The notes under the pieces were generated by a model. That model did no database searches and was not told the DNA's origin. It saw only the letters and a list, made by a program, of their open reading frames with translations. Below, piece by piece: positions 18,498 to 27,317 of a stretch of DNA of 59,436 nucleotides (positions within the stretch are counted from its first letter, which is position 1; each line of letters starts with the position of its first letter). The position numbers and the translations under genes are program-made. This DNA comes from Candidatus Yanofskybacteria bacterium RIFCSPHIGHO2_01_FULL_41_21 (GTDB taxonomy: Bacteria; Patescibacteriota; Minisyncoccia; 2-02-FULL-40-12; GWA2-44-9), in assembly GCA_001794025.1 (NCBI GenBank), contig MGJA01000013.1, forward strand, positions 1-59,436. The letters run 5' to 3'.

Positions 18498-19544
18498 ATG
18501 AATCGAGCTATCATTGATGAAAAACTAAATAGAATCGCAAATCTGCTTGGCCTCACAAGAAAGCAGGTTGGTTTTACTATTTTAGCTATTATTGTCATTC
18601 TTGCTCTCGGCATCATCTACTCTACCACCTTCACCGCTCCCGATGGCAACGCCACTCAAGAAAACTTTACCGTAGGCACAAACGATGACTCCAGAGAGGT
18701 TGCTAACAACTTAGAGGAACAGGGCTTTGTAAAAAGTAGCTTAGCTTTCCGAATCGCATTCTCCGGTCCAAGCGGAGCTATTTCAAAATGTGTCGATTGT
18801 ATCCAATCGGGCGTTTACAGAATTTCCAAATCAATGAATGCTTGGGACATCGCCAGCATTTTAAAGAAAGAACCCAATATGAGATGGGTCACCATTCCCG
18901 AAGGATTAAGAAAAGAAGAAATAGCGGATATTCTGGCCGGAACTTTTAAGTGGAGTGGCGATGACAAGCAAAAATGGATTACAACATATACTGCTATGAA
19001 GTATGACTATATTGAAGGGGTATATTTCCCCGACACATATCTGATTCCCATAGATGAAACACCGCTTGAAATGGCAGACCGTCTACGAGCTCATTTTGAA
19101 GAAAAATTTGCTCCATACGCTAAAGAATCCTTGAATCAAAATATCAAATGGGCTACCGCACTTACCCTAGCGTCCATTGTACAGCGGGAAGCGGCTGGCA
19201 AAGATGACATGCCTCTTATCGCTGGAGTTCTGTGGAACCGATTGCTCAAGGGCCAGAAACTTGAAGTAGATGCAACTGTACAATATGCTCGTGGCAAAAC
19301 GGATATTGGTTGGTGGGCGCCTATAAAGCCAGCGGATAAGCAGATTGAGTCTCCCTACAATACATATATCAATAAGGGGTTACCACCTCACCCGATCAGC
19401 AACCCCGGAGTAGCTGCCATTAATGCCGTCCTTAACTCAACTGAAACAAAGTGCTTGTTTTATCTGCATGATAATTCTGGAGGTATTCATTGTTCTGAAA
19501 CTTATGAGGAGCACTTAGGGAATATTGAGACATATTTAAAATAG
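18498..19544 (+). CDS. mltG: Endolytic transglycosylase MltG
   Basis: TIPEG, EGVYFPDTY, ASIVQRE, SPYNTY, GLPPHPISNPG. Confidence 0.88.
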   Translation: MNRAIIDEKLNRIANLLGLTRKQVGFTILAIIVILALGIIYSTTFTAPDGNATQENFTVGTNDDSREVANNLEEQGFVKSSLAFRIAFSGPSGAISKCVDCIQSGVYRISKSMNAWDIASILKKEPNMRWVTIPEGLRKEEIADILAGTFKWSGDDKQKWITTYTAMKYDYIEGVYFPDTYLIPIDETPLEMADRLRAHFEEKFAPYAKESLNQNIKWATALTLASIVQREAAGKDDMPLIAGVLWNRLLKGQKLEVDATVQYARGKTDIGWWAPIKPADKQIESPYNTYINKGLPPHPISNPGVAAINAVLNSTETKCLFYLHDNSGGIHCSETYEEHLGNIETYLK

Positions 19545-19572
19545 TTAGGATCTACTTACTTTAATAATATTC

Positions 19573-19908
19573 ATGTCCGAAGAATTACCATCACCAAAGA
19601 AACAAGAATTACCAAATCAAGAACTGATTGATGCTTTGCGTTCTCATGGACCAGAAGACCCAACCACAAAAGCGATGTTAGGTTTGTGGGCACATGCCAC
19701 CGAACGAGAATTAAATGAGAGTACGGAATCAACTTCAAGAATTGAAATGAATATCCGACGTGGCAGGTTATTCTTTGCGGCCGGATATATCGATGAAGCC
19801 TATGAAAGTTTAAGCGCCGCCGCAACTCAAGCTGATAACGAGGGCAAACGGGAACTATATGATTCCATCATGGCCGAGATGGATCAAATGGACACTATGC
19901 TTGGGTAA
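19573..19908 (+). CDS. Hypothetical helical protein
   Basis: 111-aa ORF, plausible composition, followed by a hairpin. Confidence 0.65.
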   Translation: MSEELPSPKKQELPNQELIDALRSHGPEDPTTKAMLGLWAHATERELNESTESTSRIEMNIRRGRLFFAAGYIDEAYESLSAAATQADNEGKRELYDSIMAEMDQMDTMLG

Positions 19909-20046
19909 ATGGCACACTCCAAATACCGCCTTTCCGTGTGCCATTTGTGCCATTTGCCCGAGTATCACCGACCTGTAGGCATCCAAATTCTGACCGCTGG
20001 AAAGCTCTTGAAACGCTTGTAAGGATTGGTGCCAGACCACTACGCG

Positions 20047-20084
20047 GAGCACTTCGACAAGCTCAGTGCAAGCTTTTATTAAAT
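20047..20084 (+). repeat. 38-bp direct repeat, copy 1 (contains the CTTCGACAAGCTCAG unit)
   Basis: gagcacttcgacaagctcagtgcaagcttttattaaat, identical at 22557-22594. Confidence 0.9.
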
Positions 20085-20279
20085 GTGGAAACTCTAGAAG
20101 GCCCAAAAAAGGGACCTGACTCCTTTTCCTTTCATGGCGACCCGAAAGGTATTGAACGAGACGATTTTGTAGATCGGGCCTTACGTGATGCCGGACTACC
20201 TATTTTGCACCAAAAAGTTCAGTATGCTTACAGCAATCAAGAATTAGGGAATAAGATCAGCCAGACATTAGATCATTAA
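20085..20279 (+). pseudogene. C-terminal remnant of a DUF2726-type gene
   Basis: H...ERDDFVDRALRDAGLPILH resembles the C-terminus of 12398..12916; the N-terminal part is missing. Confidence 0.55.
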
Positions 20280-20590
20280 TAAACTCCCTTAATGTTATGC
20301 TTGGGATTGTATTTAGCAATTTCTTCTTTTTCAAATTCTTCAATCTCCTTAATATTATCTGTTTTGAAAATATGAAACCCAAAATGGGTTACATCATTCC
20401 ACTTGTTCTCGGTAAGGTGTTCTAATAATCGTTTGCGTATTCCTCCACCACTAACCGCCTTGCCAATATAAAAAATCCTCAGTTGATTTTCAGGTGTTTT
20501 AGCTCCTATATAATATACACCAACAGCAGTTGAGTTCCACTCCCGAATAATCTTTTCACTGTAAACGTAGGGTCCTTTAAATGGTTCCAT
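20276..20590 (-). CDS. Small GIY-YIG nuclease-like protein
   Basis: GVYYI...FYIGKA...IRKRLLEH...E...YNPKHN. Confidence 0.75.
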   Translation of the reverse strand: MEPFKGPYVYSEKIIREWNSTAVGVYYIGAKTPENQLRIFYIGKAVSGGGIRKRLLEHLTENKWNDVTHFGFHIFKTDNIKEIEEFEKEEIAKYNPKHNIKGVY

Positions 20591-20632
20591 AAATAATGTG
20601 TTCTTTAATATTATAATCTTATTTTTTAAAAA

Positions 20633-20953
20633 CTACGACACAGGACTCTCCATATTGCCCTGCATATATTCTACGACAATGTTTATAATTTTTTTAACCT
20701 CTGTACTGCAATTTTTAAATGTAAGCCTATCTATAACATCGGGCCCGAACTTTCTAATGGCCTCACTAATTAACGCATGTGTAAAAGATTGAGTTGTATT
20801 ACTGACCCCATCATAATCAAAAATAAGATCAAAACCATTTTTTAAATTTGGAAATACAAATTTCTCTCTCAATGAGCGCGCGATATCTTTATTTTCAGCA
20901 AAAGTTCCAGTACGTTCCAGCATCTTTATTGCTATTGTTTTTTTCTTTTTCAT
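20633..20953 (-). CDS. STAS-like (DUF4325) protein
   Basis: FDYDGVSNTTQSFTHALI motif with the phosphorylatable Ser position. Confidence 0.75.
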   Translation of the reverse strand: MKKKKTIAIKMLERTGTFAENKDIARSLREKFVFPNLKNGFDLIFDYDGVSNTTQSFTHALISEAIRKFGPDVIDRLTFKNCSTEVKKIINIVVEYMQGNMESPVS

Positions 20954-20954
20954 T

Positions 20955-21920
20955 TTATTCAAATTTTGGTCTTTTGTAACGAGCTTTTTTCTGCCCCCTC
21001 ACTTCTTTAGAGTAAAAGTCATGAATATTATCTAATAAAGATGAAAATTCGGTAGTTTTTTCCAAGGATATATCTACACCTACAGCAACTCCAGTCCAAA
21101 AGGGAATAGAAATTATAGAGTGCCTATCTTTAAATGGATCACCACTAAGTTTAAAAGAGCTCTTCTTTTTTTGTAAAAGTTTATACATTTTATCACCGCT
21201 CATAATGTTAAAAAAATTGCCCCCAGTATACGCAATGGATTTTATTAAGAATAGACCGAATCCAGCGTTTTGTGCGGTACCGCCAGGCTTTGACGTTGTG
21301 CCAGTAACTCCCGGAGTAAGAGCAAGATTTATTGCCTCTATCGAATCTTTAACAGGATATGATTGACTCAAAGATTTTTGTAAACCGATTCCCATGTCCG
21401 CAACACCGATAGAGATTTTGTTTGTTTTTTTAAAATACTGTGCACAAACAACCGCTCCATCACTTGATCTTGAGTGTTCTAAGACATTTCTAATAAGTTC
21501 ACTGAATATATGCTGTATTGATTTAACATGTTTAGGATCATTATCAAAATGAAGGAGGGGTACTAAATCTTTTAAAAAATAATCTAAATCATTCGAGTTT
21601 TTTACTTGCGTCAGGGGTATAAAGCGTCCGGCTGGCTCATGCTCCACTATCTCTTTTACTCCTGGATTTATCCCCATGAATTCAAAAAGCTTCATTCTTT
21701 TAAGGTAATGTCCTGATGGTGCAGCTATCAACTCACAGGTGATTTTATCAGCTGGAATATTTTTACCCAATATTCCAATTATGCACAGAATAAGTGGGTG
21801 AACTGAAATCCATTTAGGATTTGCCGTTATTTTTAAAAAATCGGGATTATCTAATTTAAGAGTTGATAAAAACCCATTTATATTTCCCAAGAACGCACTG
21901 TTTGGTATATGTACCTCCAT
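20955..21920 (-). CDS. GHKL/HATPase (RsbW-like) ATP-binding protein
   Basis: SELIRNVLEHS N-box, DMGIG G1, NAGFGL G2. Confidence 0.85.
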   Translation of the reverse strand: MEVHIPNSAFLGNINGFLSTLKLDNPDFLKITANPKWISVHPLILCIIGILGKNIPADKITCELIAAPSGHYLKRMKLFEFMGINPGVKEIVEHEPAGRFIPLTQVKNSNDLDYFLKDLVPLLHFDNDPKHVKSIQHIFSELIRNVLEHSRSSDGAVVCAQYFKKTNKISIGVADMGIGLQKSLSQSYPVKDSIEAINLALTPGVTGTTSKPGGTAQNAGFGLFLIKSIAYTGGNFFNIMSGDKMYKLLQKKKSSFKLSGDPFKDRHSIISIPFWTGVAVGVDISLEKTTEFSSLLDNIHDFYSKEVRGQKKARYKRPKFE

Positions 21921-22025
21921 TTGTTTAAAATACCGGGAATCCTGGTAAAATGCAAGGGGCATTAATATTTTTTTAGATGTGTTATAATGGTTTCAACATT
22001 GAACCAAACCGCCAACCAATAACTT

Positions 22026-22526
22026 ATGACAGAAAATGAAAAGAAAATCTCGGATCATCATGATAACGTAATAAGACTTGAGGTTCAATCAGAACAGATT
22101 ATCGATGATTATAAATATATTAGAGATAAGATTGAACGAGAAATCGTTTACTTAAAAACGTCTTGGGATAGGGTAGTAGATATAAAGATTAGTAACTATG
22201 ACAAAATCATTGATTTAGAAATATTTTTTCTAAAACTTTTTATTCCTATTTTTGGTATTTCTTTTACCGCAGGAGCAAATATTATTGGTATCGATACTTA
22301 TACTTTAAAATGGCTATCTCTTTCGGTCATTGTTTTAGTAGGATTGCTTTTAGCTATTACTTTTATATTTCGAAAAATGATAGTTAATTCTGAACAAAAA
22401 AACCATGAACTAGAATATGGCTTGATAAGAAAGGAGCTTCTAAATAATGTGGAAAATTTACAAATTCGTACTAAGCAAATTGGAGAAAATGTAAAACTGG
22501 CCTTAGGTAATGAACCCGAGTTATAA
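22026..22526 (+). CDS. Hypothetical two-TM membrane protein
   Basis: Two hydrophobic helices between coiled regions. Confidence 0.7.
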   Translation: MTENEKKISDHHDNVIRLEVQSEQIIDDYKYIRDKIEREIVYLKTSWDRVVDIKISNYDKIIDLEIFFLKLFIPIFGISFTAGANIIGIDTYTLKWLSLSVIVLVGLLLAITFIFRKMIVNSEQKNHELEYGLIRKELLNNVENLQIRTKQIGENVKLALGNEPEL

Positions 22527-22556
22527 TAAAGCTGTTCCAACATCAAACCAAGCGGT

Positions 22557-22594
22557 GAGCACTTCGACAAGCTCAGTGCAAGCTTTTATTAAAT
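22557..22594 (+). repeat. 38-bp direct repeat, copy 2
   Basis: Identical to 20047-20084. Confidence 0.9.
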
Positions 22595-22610
22595 TTGGTA
22601 TGATGGGTTT

Positions 22611-22802
22611 ATGAATAAAAAGCGATTTTGGAAGATATTCATAATAGTATTTGTGATTGCATTTGTGGCTAATATTATGACGGCTTATTTTTGGAGCCGG
22701 GCTTTTCCGGATAGTTCGTGGAGTTGGGATGTATCTACTACTACAGCTGGAATGTTAGCTCTGATTATAGCTTATGTTCAGCGTCATGACGATAATAAGT
22801 AG
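22611..22802 (+). CDS. Small membrane protein
   Basis: Two TM segments; TATGAT 6 nt before the ATG. Confidence 0.6.
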   Translation: MNKKRFWKIFIIVFVIAFVANIMTAYFWSRAFPDSSWSWDVSTTTAGMLALIIAYVQRHDDNK

Positions 22803-22827
22803 GTTGGATTAATATTTGGTAATGGTT

Positions 22828-23076
22828 ATGAAGAATAAAATATCCACCGGTACAGTGCACAAAGTGTCGGTTGATTTAAGACAAGTTCTTACTTCTTCAT
22901 CGGCAGTGGTTGTTGCGTGGGAGGATATTACTCCGCTTGCACGTAATGAATGGATCTGTTGGATTGAATCAGCCAAGAAAAGGGAGACCAGGAAACACAG
23001 AATTGAAAGAACCCGCACGGGACTTATTGAAGGAAAGCGCCGGCCGTGTTGTTGGGCCGGTTGCCCTCATCGTTAA
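22828..23076 (+). CDS. YdeI/OmpD-associated family protein
   Basis: WEDITPLARNEWICWIESAKKRETR...RRPCCWAGC. Confidence 0.8.
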   Translation: MKNKISTGTVHKVSVDLRQVLTSSSAVVVAWEDITPLARNEWICWIESAKKRETRKHRIERTRTGLIEGKRRPCCWAGCPHR

Positions 23077-23095
23077 TTAAGTATAGAATTAAACT

Positions 23096-23293
23096 ATGCA
23101 GAAAATAGCAACAAAAGTATTCGTCTGGGCATCTATTTCTTTCGCCATAATCGGGATGATTATGGTTTTGACGACTTCTGAAAACACCGGCCCAAATCCT
23201 ACCATGCTACGGTTTTTATTTGCGTCCGTTATCGTTATTTTGACCTCGTTTGCATTAAGTGTTGCCAGCAAGTATCTCAACGGCAAGTCCTAG
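23096..23293 (+). CDS. Small two-TM membrane protein
   Basis: Hydrophobic 65-aa ORF. Confidence 0.65.
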   Translation: MQKIATKVFVWASISFAIIGMIMVLTTSENTGPNPTMLRFLFASVIVILTSFALSVASKYLNGKS

Positions 23294-23315
23294 TCATTTC
23301 TGAATTTCTAACGGG

Positions 23316-23489
23316 ATGAACAAAATTAAAATACTGTTTTATGTTATCGGAATATTATTCGGAGTGTTTATATTTATATATGGCGGGTATGACGATAGTC
23401 CCGGAGCGCAATTACTCGGGGGCTTGATAGTAATTGCCAGTATCGTGGGTATAATAAAAAGAAAGAAGAAAACACAGAACCAGACATAG
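23316..23489 (+). CDS. Small two-TM protein with DDSPG loop (57 aa, missing from the ORF track)
   Basis: MNKIKILFYVIGILFGVFIFIYGGYDDSPGAQLLGGLIVIASIVGIIKRKKK... Confidence 0.65.
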   Translation: MNKIKILFYVIGILFGVFIFIYGGYDDSPGAQLLGGLIVIASIVGIIKRKKKTQNQT

Positions 23490-23785
23490 ATACTGGTTCT
23501 GATGCTAATTGGTAAAATAAATATTACAAAAACCCATGATTATTATATTGGGAATAATAGTAGTTGTGGTCTTAATTGTCATGGTGACTATGGCTGTCAT
23601 TAAAGATAATAAGTGAATTAACGAAAAGTGATTAAACAAGGGGTCAATTAACATAAGTTTCTAAGTAAAATTGTTTTTTATTTAGATATTATCCTTGTTA
23701 TTCAAGGGCGGTTGATATTATTTTTAATATAAGATATAACTCGGTTAGTTTGTTGACAAATGAACAAATAAACAAGGGGGTTGAA

Positions 23786-24541
23786 GTGAAAAAGATAAGA
23801 ATGTTTCTCGTTTTTATAGTTGGGTGTTTACTCATTAGTTCTGAAGTGTGGTATCAACAATCGGTTAAAGCACTTCAGTACTCGTTGAATTTTGCCCTTA
23901 AAGATGATGAGCTCATCATCTTGACCCCCGGGACAGATTTTTTAGCATCTCCGGGAACAGTCATCTTTCTTCCCAGGAAGTTGGGGAGGGAAAGAATGAT
24001 TAAACTTGCTCGGACGGGAGAACCCGAACTTTCCATGCTTTTTATCCCGCGTTGGGAGGCATGGATAACAGACACGGTAGTTAGAGAAATATACGAAAAC
24101 AGAATTGATATTAAGTACGCTCTTGCAGCGCTTGCGTCTGAAATAGATACCGAACTTTGGCACACGCATAATGATATCGGAGAAGAACTTACCGATGAAA
24201 GAGAACGCCAGAAGCGTTCTCTTCGGTGGACAATGCCATCTTCGGCAGATCTGAATCAGATTTATGAATTTGCCAGAATTATTCCCGACGCGAAATTTAG
24301 TGGTGTTATTGCGCATATCTATGGCACAACGACATATTGGAACGATAGTCCTTCATGGACTCAACCCACTTATGTTAGTTATGCCATCAAAGAAGAGGCA
24401 AAAAGGATTAATTGGGAAGCAGGAGAGTTACACGTTTCTCAACTTCAGGAATTTGCCCAAAAACATGATGGGTTCATGAAACTTTGGTTTGAGCCGGCTC
24501 CTAAGTTTACTGGTGTTTTTTCGCCCGAAGGGGCTCGCTGA
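23786..24541 (+). CDS. Hypothetical exported protein
   Basis: SD AAGGGGG + GTG, N-terminal hydrophobic segment. Confidence 0.6.
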   Translation: MKKIRMFLVFIVGCLLISSEVWYQQSVKALQYSLNFALKDDELIILTPGTDFLASPGTVIFLPRKLGRERMIKLARTGEPELSMLFIPRWEAWITDTVVREIYENRIDIKYALAALASEIDTELWHTHNDIGEELTDERERQKRSLRWTMPSSADLNQIYEFARIIPDAKFSGVIAHIYGTTTYWNDSPSWTQPTYVSYAIKEEAKRINWEAGELHVSQLQEFAQKHDGFMKLWFEPAPKFTGVFSPEGAR

Positions 24542-24716
24542 CCGAGAACGGTCATTTTTGTTTCCGGGTGAAATTTGTTAAACACTTGAAAAAATAACAG
24601 GGGGTTTAGAATAAAGATGTTATTAATAAAAATAAAACTATGTCTGCTTAGGTTTTTAATGAATTGATGCAATAATTCAAAATCTGTGGTAACCTTAGTA
24701 AAATAATCAAAATACT

Positions 24717-24842
24717 ATGGGAATACAAAAACGACATGGGCCATTAGGGAGTACGCTGACCAGAAAAACAAACTCACATAAAACCGCGAGACGTCGCGCC
24801 ATTAAAGCCAAGATGTTGGCTGACCGGAAGGCTAAAAAATAA
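24717..24842 (+). CDS. 41-aa highly basic peptide (missing from the ORF track)
   Basis: MGIQKRHGPLGSTLTRKTNSHKTARRRAIKAKMLADRKAKK in an otherwise AT-rich intergenic region. Confidence 0.5.
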   Translation: MGIQKRHGPLGSTLTRKTNSHKTARRRAIKAKMLADRKAKK

Positions 24843-24968
24843 GGCATCATTTTCCTCTTGACACCCAACGGGGGTGCAGTAGAATGGCTTTATTAACCCC
24901 GACAGAGTTCCCAAGGAGTGTTGAGATACCAACTCCGGAAACCAAAGTGTCGGATATAACTAAAAAAG

Positions 24969-25292
24969 ATGGCCGACCAAAACTCGTCTGGTTTGGACAA
25001 CAATACAGTAATGGGCATACTTTCGTATCTGGGGATTTTAGTGATTATCCCTTTTTTAATGGCCAAGAATGTTCCTTTTGTAAAATTCCACATCAAGCAG
25101 GGCGTGGTGCTGGCCGTGATAGAAATAGTTCTATGGGTGGTATCAGGAATGCTTTGGCAGTTATTCGCAATTGTAGGAATATTGGAGTTGGCTCTGCTTA
25201 TTCTTTCTATAATCGGTATTATAAATGTGGTTCAAAAGAAAGAAAAAGAGCTACCCGTGGTCGGCCAATTTTCAAAGTATGTAAATTTCTAG
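24969..25292 (+). CDS. DUF4870-like membrane protein
   Basis: ILSYLGIL, FVKFHIKQG, LPVVG motifs; upstream TTGACA-16-TAGAAT. Confidence 0.8.
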   Translation: MADQNSSGLDNNTVMGILSYLGILVIIPFLMAKNVPFVKFHIKQGVVLAVIEIVLWVVSGMLWQLFAIVGILELALLILSIIGIINVVQKKEKELPVVGQFSKYVNF

Positions 25293-25321
25293 AGGTTTTA
25301 TAAATTAAAAAAGTAAATTAT

Positions 25322-25831
25322 ATGGAGCAAGAAAATCAAGGGAACAATCTATCCAAAAAGAAGCTATACATGATTATGGGCGGGGTCGTTATTCTTCTTG
25401 TCGGCTGGTCGCTCATAGGAGGACTGGGACGCTCTCTCACCGGAGTGGGGGTTGATAAAGATAATGGTGGCTCAACCACCTATTCAAACAATGATGGCAG
25501 TGTTACCGTGGGAGGCAATAAACTACCGGACAATTGGCCATCCGATGCTCCGAAATATAAAAATGCCCAAATATTATCTTCAGTCGCTTCTAATCCCCAA
25601 ACAGGCGAAGCTGGAGCAGTCATAGCATTCAGTACATCAGATAGTATACAAACAGTCATAGACTTTTATAAGAAAGAACTTGCTTCAAATGGATGGACCG
25701 TGGAGCAGACAATAGCAACGGAAACAGGCACTATACTTGTCGCGACAAAGGATGAGAGAGATTTTAGTGTTTATATTGGCGATTCAGGAGACGGAAAAGT
25801 GGGTGTGACGGTTAGTATCTCAACACCTTAA
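25322..25831 (+). CDS. Hypothetical membrane-anchored protein
   Basis: N-terminal TM; LPDNWPSDAP...FYKKELASNGW. Confidence 0.75.
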   Translation: MEQENQGNNLSKKKLYMIMGGVVILLVGWSLIGGLGRSLTGVGVDKDNGGSTTYSNNDGSVTVGGNKLPDNWPSDAPKYKNAQILSSVASNPQTGEAGAVIAFSTSDSIQTVIDFYKKELASNGWTVEQTIATETGTILVATKDERDFSVYIGDSGDGKVGVTVSISTP

Positions 25832-25858
25832 AAGTACGGCAATTAAAACTCGCCTTCA

Positions 25859-26506
25859 TCACTTTGAGAGGATAAGAGCGATTTTTATAGTTGAGTCCAT
25901 AATTTTGGCGGAATTGTTCCAATCGGCTGCCGCTCGTTGCAAGGTTTTAAATGGGTAAATCATACCGTTGCCTTGTTCAGTGCCGGGGTCATTCACAATA
26001 AAGCCGGAAGCATTATAACCCCGAACAACGAGCATATGATAGAATGGTCCTGATTCGGCATAATTCGGATTACCCAACAGTCGGGCATTAATCGGTAAAA
26101 GAATAACATTGTTCTTGACTAATTCTTTTTTTAAGTCCGTTTCAGTATAATTTTTAATTTGTCTGACCGTGATTCCAAATGTTCCCTCGGCCATGTGGGA
26201 GGTGGCATAAGCGCCCGTGTCGGCGTTGTAGCCAATATTGGTCTCTTCCCAGCGTTTTAACGAATTTATGTATTCTTGAGCTACTGCGGGCGGTAATTTA
26301 TCGTCCCTGTTTCCATTCAAATAAGCATTAGCCATAGTAATGCTGGCTTCCTCGCAGTCCTCATTGCGATCCCATTTTCCCGTTGGGGCTTGGTTAGTAA
26401 AGGGTACAGCCAGAAGGAGTTCTTCCGGTAATGTTCTATCAGCGGTTACAATAAGCGCGCCGATAATTCCCAAACCCAATAGAGCGATAACATATTTATA
26501 AGACAT
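25859..26506 (-). CDS. Peptidase C39-like secreted protein
   Basis: QAP...CEEAS, HMLVVRGY, NDPGT (Cys-His-Asp). Confidence 0.8.
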   Translation of the reverse strand: MSYKYVIALLGLGIIGALIVTADRTLPEELLLAVPFTNQAPTGKWDRNEDCEEASITMANAYLNGNRDDKLPPAVAQEYINSLKRWEETNIGYNADTGAYATSHMAEGTFGITVRQIKNYTETDLKKELVKNNVILLPINARLLGNPNYAESGPFYHMLVVRGYNASGFIVNDPGTEQGNGMIYPFKTLQRAAADWNNSAKIMDSTIKIALILSK

Positions 26507-26514
26507 ATTATTAT

Positions 26515-27273
26515 TTATTTAGAAACGACAATCATTAAGGATTTGTTCTCGCTTATTGTATCAATAGAATGGTCCCAATCAGCGGGCGCATTCTTGAGAG
26601 TGGTGAAAGAGTATTTATAACTTTCTCCGTTTCTGGTACCAGGGTCATTAGTAATTAACTGCGTGGCAGTGTAACCGCGGACGACGAGCATATGGTAGAT
26701 TGGCCCCGGTTGACGGTAATAAGGGTTACCAATTAGCCGTCCGTTTATGGGAAGTATTACCAATTTATTGGCATTGAGAGCGTCTTTGATATCTTTTTCG
26801 GTGTAGTCGGTGATAATAGTGGTTTTAAGGTTGTAAAATGAACGAATCATTTCGGCGGTTTCCGCGGTGGTGGTATCCAGATAGTAACCAAAATGAGTTT
26901 GTTGCCAGTTGGTTAAAGCAGTTATTTCTTCTTCTACTTCAGTGGCGGGGAGCTTGGCTCTAGTGTCACCCGAGAAATAGGCGGCTACCATAATGGCGCT
27001 GGCTTCTTCGCAGGCCTCGTTGTGGAGTTCATCCCAGTTGCCCGTCGGGGCTTGGGGGGTAAAAGGAACCTTGAGCGAAAGAGTGACAGGGTTCGTGGTT
27101 GAAGGTTGGGTTGTTGATGGTTTGGGTGAAGAAGTTTCTGGTTTTATGGAAAGTGTCGGTGCTTGGGTAAATCCCGGGATATCAGAAGGTTGTCCTTTGT
27201 ATATAAATATCCCACCGATTAGGGCGATAATGATAAAGAAAGCAATAATCAAACCGGACTTTTTTATAATCAT
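26515..27273 (-). CDS. Peptidase C39-like secreted protein (tandem paralog)
   Basis: Same motifs as the neighbour plus a Pro/Ser/Thr linker. Confidence 0.8.
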   Translation of the reverse strand: MIIKKSGLIIAFFIIIALIGGIFIYKGQPSDIPGFTQAPTLSIKPETSSPKPSTTQPSTTNPVTLSLKVPFTPQAPTGNWDELHNEACEEASAIMVAAYFSGDTRAKLPATEVEEEITALTNWQQTHFGYYLDTTTAETAEMIRSFYNLKTTIITDYTEKDIKDALNANKLVILPINGRLIGNPYYRQPGPIYHMLVVRGYTATQLITNDPGTRNGESYKYSFTTLKNAPADWDHSIDTISENKSLMIVVSK

Positions 27274-27317
27274 AGATTCAATATAGCAAATTTTTGCCCA
27301 AAGGGTATAATAGGGTT

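Noticed and set aside
19938..20279. Intact 113-aa gene
   Set aside because: The N-terminal half reads through a hairpin and the repeat; only the 3' part looks like a DUF2726 remnant
21991..22553. Weakly similar 19-mers flanking gene 22026..22526
   Set aside because: Only about 14 of 19 identical in A/C-rich sequence; may be chance
20047..22594. CRISPR array from the 38-bp repeats
   Set aside because: Only two copies, 2.5 kb apart, and no cas genes
2153..25000. Complete prophage
   Set aside because: No portal, capsid, tail, lysis or replication genes recognised
24884..25303. 139-aa ORF
   Set aside because: Its ATG overlaps the -10 box, and the alternative frame 24969..25292 has family motifs
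7850..25831. Integron cassette array
   Set aside because: No tyrosine integrase and no recurring attC-like sites between the genes
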